DNA from: Albugo candida | Taxonomy: Eukaryota | Assembly (NCBI GenBank): GCA_040437565.1 | Contig: JBDOQK010000034.1 | Span: 186,001 to 250,000 of the forward strand | DNA length: 64,000 nt | Reading direction: 5' to 3' | Shown: piece after piece, positions 60,200 through 64,000 of the stretch | How positions within the stretch are numbered: the stretch's first letter is position 1 | Layout: the number at the start of each line of letters is the position of its first letter | Program-made: the position numbers and the translations under genes | The notes under the pieces: model-generated | What the model was told of the DNA's origin: nothing | Seen by the model: the letters and a program-made list of their open reading frames with translations, nothing else | The model's database searches: none

Positions 60200-62760
60200 A
60201 CTGATCGCGAAGCGTTACTCATGAATCATAGAACCTGTGAACCTTATCATAATTGTACAGAGATGGCATCCTTCAGCCTAAAAATCGTCTCGAAACGTAA
60301 ACTTGAGTAAAAGATTTATCATAAGGAAATTCGAACCATGACTTTTCACACTGACATAAGAATTCAAAGTCCTATTCGACGAGATAATAAAAATGGTATC
60401 CAGTACGGACGAGCATTGTTCCCTGATAAAAAAATTCATACAGTACGAGCATGTGAATACTCGAACAGGATCCAAAGTGAGTGGGATGTAGCGGAGAATG
60501 CGGTGAACCCGCGCGGACATGTCAGCGGTATTCAAAAAGTCTTTTCGCATCGTTTATTGATGGAGACTTGGCTCGATCGCGCAGCACTTGTGACACCAAA
60601 TACACAAGTGACATAACACAAATATTGCGGTATCTAAGATCTTGGCAAAATCATAGGCGATTGATCAAGTCTTAAGTGTTGATAGACTAACCATTCTATT
60701 CCAACGGTAATACAAGGGTTCGAAGAATCTTTTAAGATGCGAGCAACTTTCCTTCCAACTTATGAATCTTGGTCAGAAGTTCCCTAGAGGAGACATATAG
60801 TTCTTTGTAGGAGACGTATTGTGTTTACCGTAATCGTTCATTGTAGTAATTTGCATTCGCACTATTCTGTGCAACTCGAGGCAAGTATTTCGACCAGCAA
60901 AACCTAAATTTATTCTTCACAAAATCAGATCATTGAGTTCAATCAAATTTTAGTGTCAAAAGTAGTAAGACGCTAAAGAGATTTATTGAGGAATGCACGT
61001 TTCTTACATCAGTGAAACAGATTTGTAAGCGTGGGCGTGTAACGATCTTCTCTATCGCAATTATTCGTTTGTAGGATCATTTCTGATCGATCACTCAATA
61101 TGCTTCATGAATACTTGCGCCGTTATGGTTAACTCTTTGCGTAATACTAATAGCAGCCCGAAAAATAGACGCTTTAAATTGTCTTGATCTTCATAATAAA
61201 CAACACGCTCGAAATATACAATGCATGGAGCCATTTAAACTCGCACTCTTTTACGAAAATCATTTGCAAAACGGTGGATTGTTACGAAGCTCAAAAGTCA
61301 ATTGTGCAAGCAATCATACGTCAATCTCTCGGCATCAGGAAGATTCCATTTACGTGTCCGAAGCTTCTGTATGAAATCAGAAAGATTGCTGTCATTTTCG
61401 ACAAATGTAGTTCAATAATGCTTCCCATACAAGCCCTTGATCGCTGAATGTAAAATCGAGAGAGTGTATGGTAGACAGACCATTCGCTTCTCTGTTCCAT
61501 AAAGATGACTACCACCCTTCGATATTTTATTCTGGAATGTGAAACTCTTCTAGTTCAACCAAGGAGGATCACTAAGCAGATAACTAAAATTCGTGCGTAC
61601 AGAGAGCGCCTACGAAGTGCAGAAGTAACCAATTTGGTCACAAAATTGCTCATCGTGAGACTCACTCCAGGAAAAAAAAGAGTATCATTCATACAACCAT
61701 CAATATCAATTCGGCGTCATGATCATCTCAACTTCACGTGGGAGAGCACTATGGCGTGCATTTGAAACAGAAAGTTGCAGACCTAGATTAGCTAGAATGA
61801 CCGCTCAAATGTTGTGATGGAAATTGCAAGGAGAAGATTACGAATCAATCCCTGAACAATTTTGAACGAGGAACGGTGCATAGAGGTTGAAGGGGATATC
61901 AGAAATCAGTGAGGACGTTTCATGACAAAAAGTCAAATGATCATGAAGCAATTGCAGGAAGAAAAGACATCAATTTACGCCCGAAAGGATTTGAGAGGAT
62001 TCTGGTATTGAGCCTCGCAAAGTTTACGCCAGCTACAATGAAACCGAGAACAAACCAAAGACTTGGGGAAAACTCTGATACAAGGAACTGAAATCGAGAG
62101 AGAGTGGTGAGACTTACCAGATACAGGCAAGTACTTGGTCGTCTTATATAGTTTTCAGCAGCAAAACGTTAGGCTATGCATACCATGCTGCAAGTCGTTG
62201 AGCATCCTACGGCTGTGTTCATCCTCAGAGAAGCTGGTTACCCTATCGAATCGTACAGCAGCAAAAAGTCTGTGAAGCGGAGAAATCGAAGGTACCGGTC
62301 AAATATACCTGAGTTTGACCAGGATGTCAATGGGACGAATAAACTGAAGGATTTGATGTAAAACGAAGAATCTGCAAGCCTTGGCAGATAGTTATACTGA
62401 ACAAAGCTTGTAGGAAGGTGAAGGTCGTCCGTCTTCAACTATCACAAATCACTTCAAGTGAGAAGCAGCTGATTACCTGGTAAATATTCCCGCACCGAAC
62501 AGCTAAATTTTGCAGCAAGGAAAAGGGCTACAGGACGTAGGGTTTCAAGGGCACAGAAGAATTAGTAGCATATGATGTATTCTTCTATGATGGTGTTACC
62601 AATTGATGATTTGAAAACCACTTCTTTTTGGAGATTTGAGCATTTTGGGTCGGCATCCAAGCTCAGATTCTTGTCAACTGCGCGAGTGTACACGAGCATG
62701 ACGGCCTCGGCTACAGTAGACGAGCAAAAAATATCAGTTTAAACATTTAAATATGTAAGC
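60200..62760 (-). pseudogene. Decayed secreted-protein gene, cassette partner C
   Basis: Inverted DNA homology to 29050-32500, e.g. GATCGTTACACGCCCACGCT, TTCTCCTTGCAATTTC, GACGGACGAC, CCAAAATGCTCAA. Fragment LNTADMSARVHR..LDPVRVF corresponds to LNAADMSGRIHR..LDPVQVF. Confidence 0.5.
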
Positions 62761-64000
62761 TCTTCGCGCTGCATATAGTTATTGATCTTGCAAGATGTTT
62801 TTTTCATCATTTCGTATTGCAATCGATTGTATCAATTCAAAGAACAACTTTTTTCTCTCCTGGGGACGACACTTTCTAAAGCTAAGGCATTTTGATGGGG
62901 TCAGCATTTTTTGCTGGTAAAATGAAGTAATGCATGAAAGTATCTAAAAAATCGCAGCGCTGATAACCATGTGATTTTATTCCGAACTCAGCTAATCACA
63001 TTCAAAAGTCAAAATTATAGTGCTTTCTCACTGCATAGTTGCGGTATGCGACCAACAATTCATCATCTTTTTTTCAGCCATTTCTGATGAGAAAATAAAA
63101 ACGACTTTGACTGCACACAAGAAGAAACCATCACGATTTTTAGTGGAATGGAAATGTAGGTAGATGTATGAGAGCCATGCATTGATAAATTTCATCAGCT
63201 TGCTGAAAACCCGATTCTGCACAAGTAATTACGGTGCTGATTATCATTTTTTGGAGCTTTTTCTCTTGAGAGTCCTAGTGGTTCCATGGGAAACTAAACA
63301 CCATCTTATCAACGCGCTGGGTTTTTATAGGAAATTTCGGCATTCCCTTATGAGCGATTGCTTCCGTGGTAATGTGATGGATGCAGAACCGTGATTACGT
63401 TTCTCAAGCATGCATAGGAGCTATCGCTAATAGAATCCAGATTACGTTTCTCAATCAGCTTGACGATGCGACCATATGAATCTTCCATATGATTGTTCTA
63501 TGAAGGCTCCGCAATACTGAACGACTTAAAAGATTACGAATGCTTTAGTCAATCACAAATAGTTAACTACTTATTAGTCAAAAGCGAGCAATATCCACTT
63601 TAAGTAGACCGCTTCCCCGAGGACAATATCAAATAAAATAGATCCAGGGAATTTTAGAAGACCAGGAATAGCAATAAGTTTGTATCATTTCTATATCACC
63701 AGCTGCTTGTGGATTTTTAATGGCCGACAAAGAAGCCTTACAAGTTGCCAATAAGGATTTTTCGGTCATGCTTCAGCGATGGGAACAATGTAAGCAACTT
63801 CAGTTTGTAGAACATGACCATTCGGACATCTAGTCACTGCAGGACCTCGTACTCTGAAAGGATTTGACGTGTGTGATCTCTGCCAAAAGTCTATCATTCA
63901 ACATCTGACGGGTCAACATTGTCTCAACATATCTCCTGTATACAGCACCGCATTGCTCTGATGAAAGAAAATGGTTGACGAGGAAGATAGATTCGCTGCT

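Overview
Eukaryotic, intron-containing oomycete DNA, most consistent with an Albugo-like biotroph. This is inferred from the ~50-85 nt introns, the very short intergenic gaps, an oomycete-type START/FYVE gene and CHxC-like motifs. The window has two gene-dense blocks. Block 1 (1-17.1 kb) holds a BART-domain gene, a large LamG/Ig-like + TM + RasGAP-like receptor, an otubain, a coiled-coil membrane protein, a FYVE protein and a coiled-coil protein. Block 2 (39.3-55.7 kb) holds a J-like membrane protein, a GAF-PDE, ATM/Tel1 and a COX14-like gene. These alternate with gene-sparse regions (17-39 kb, 56-64 kb). The gene-sparse regions contain three copies of what looks like a duplicated two-gene cassette. 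Each has a secreted, basic, helical protein gene (signal peptide + Q-x-x-P-x6-R-x-L motif, conserved promoter blocks) facing tail-to-tail a decayed Cys-rich (CHxC/CCG-like) secreted-protein gene. Other highlights are a U12-type AT-AC intron in the otubain gene, several proteins with altered catalytic or binding motifs, and a ~150-bp tandem repeat carrying six palindromic motifs. Seven of the nine 100-N gaps are flanked by (near-)identical overlaps that are assembly artefacts, so several long ORFs in the track are chimeric or inflated.
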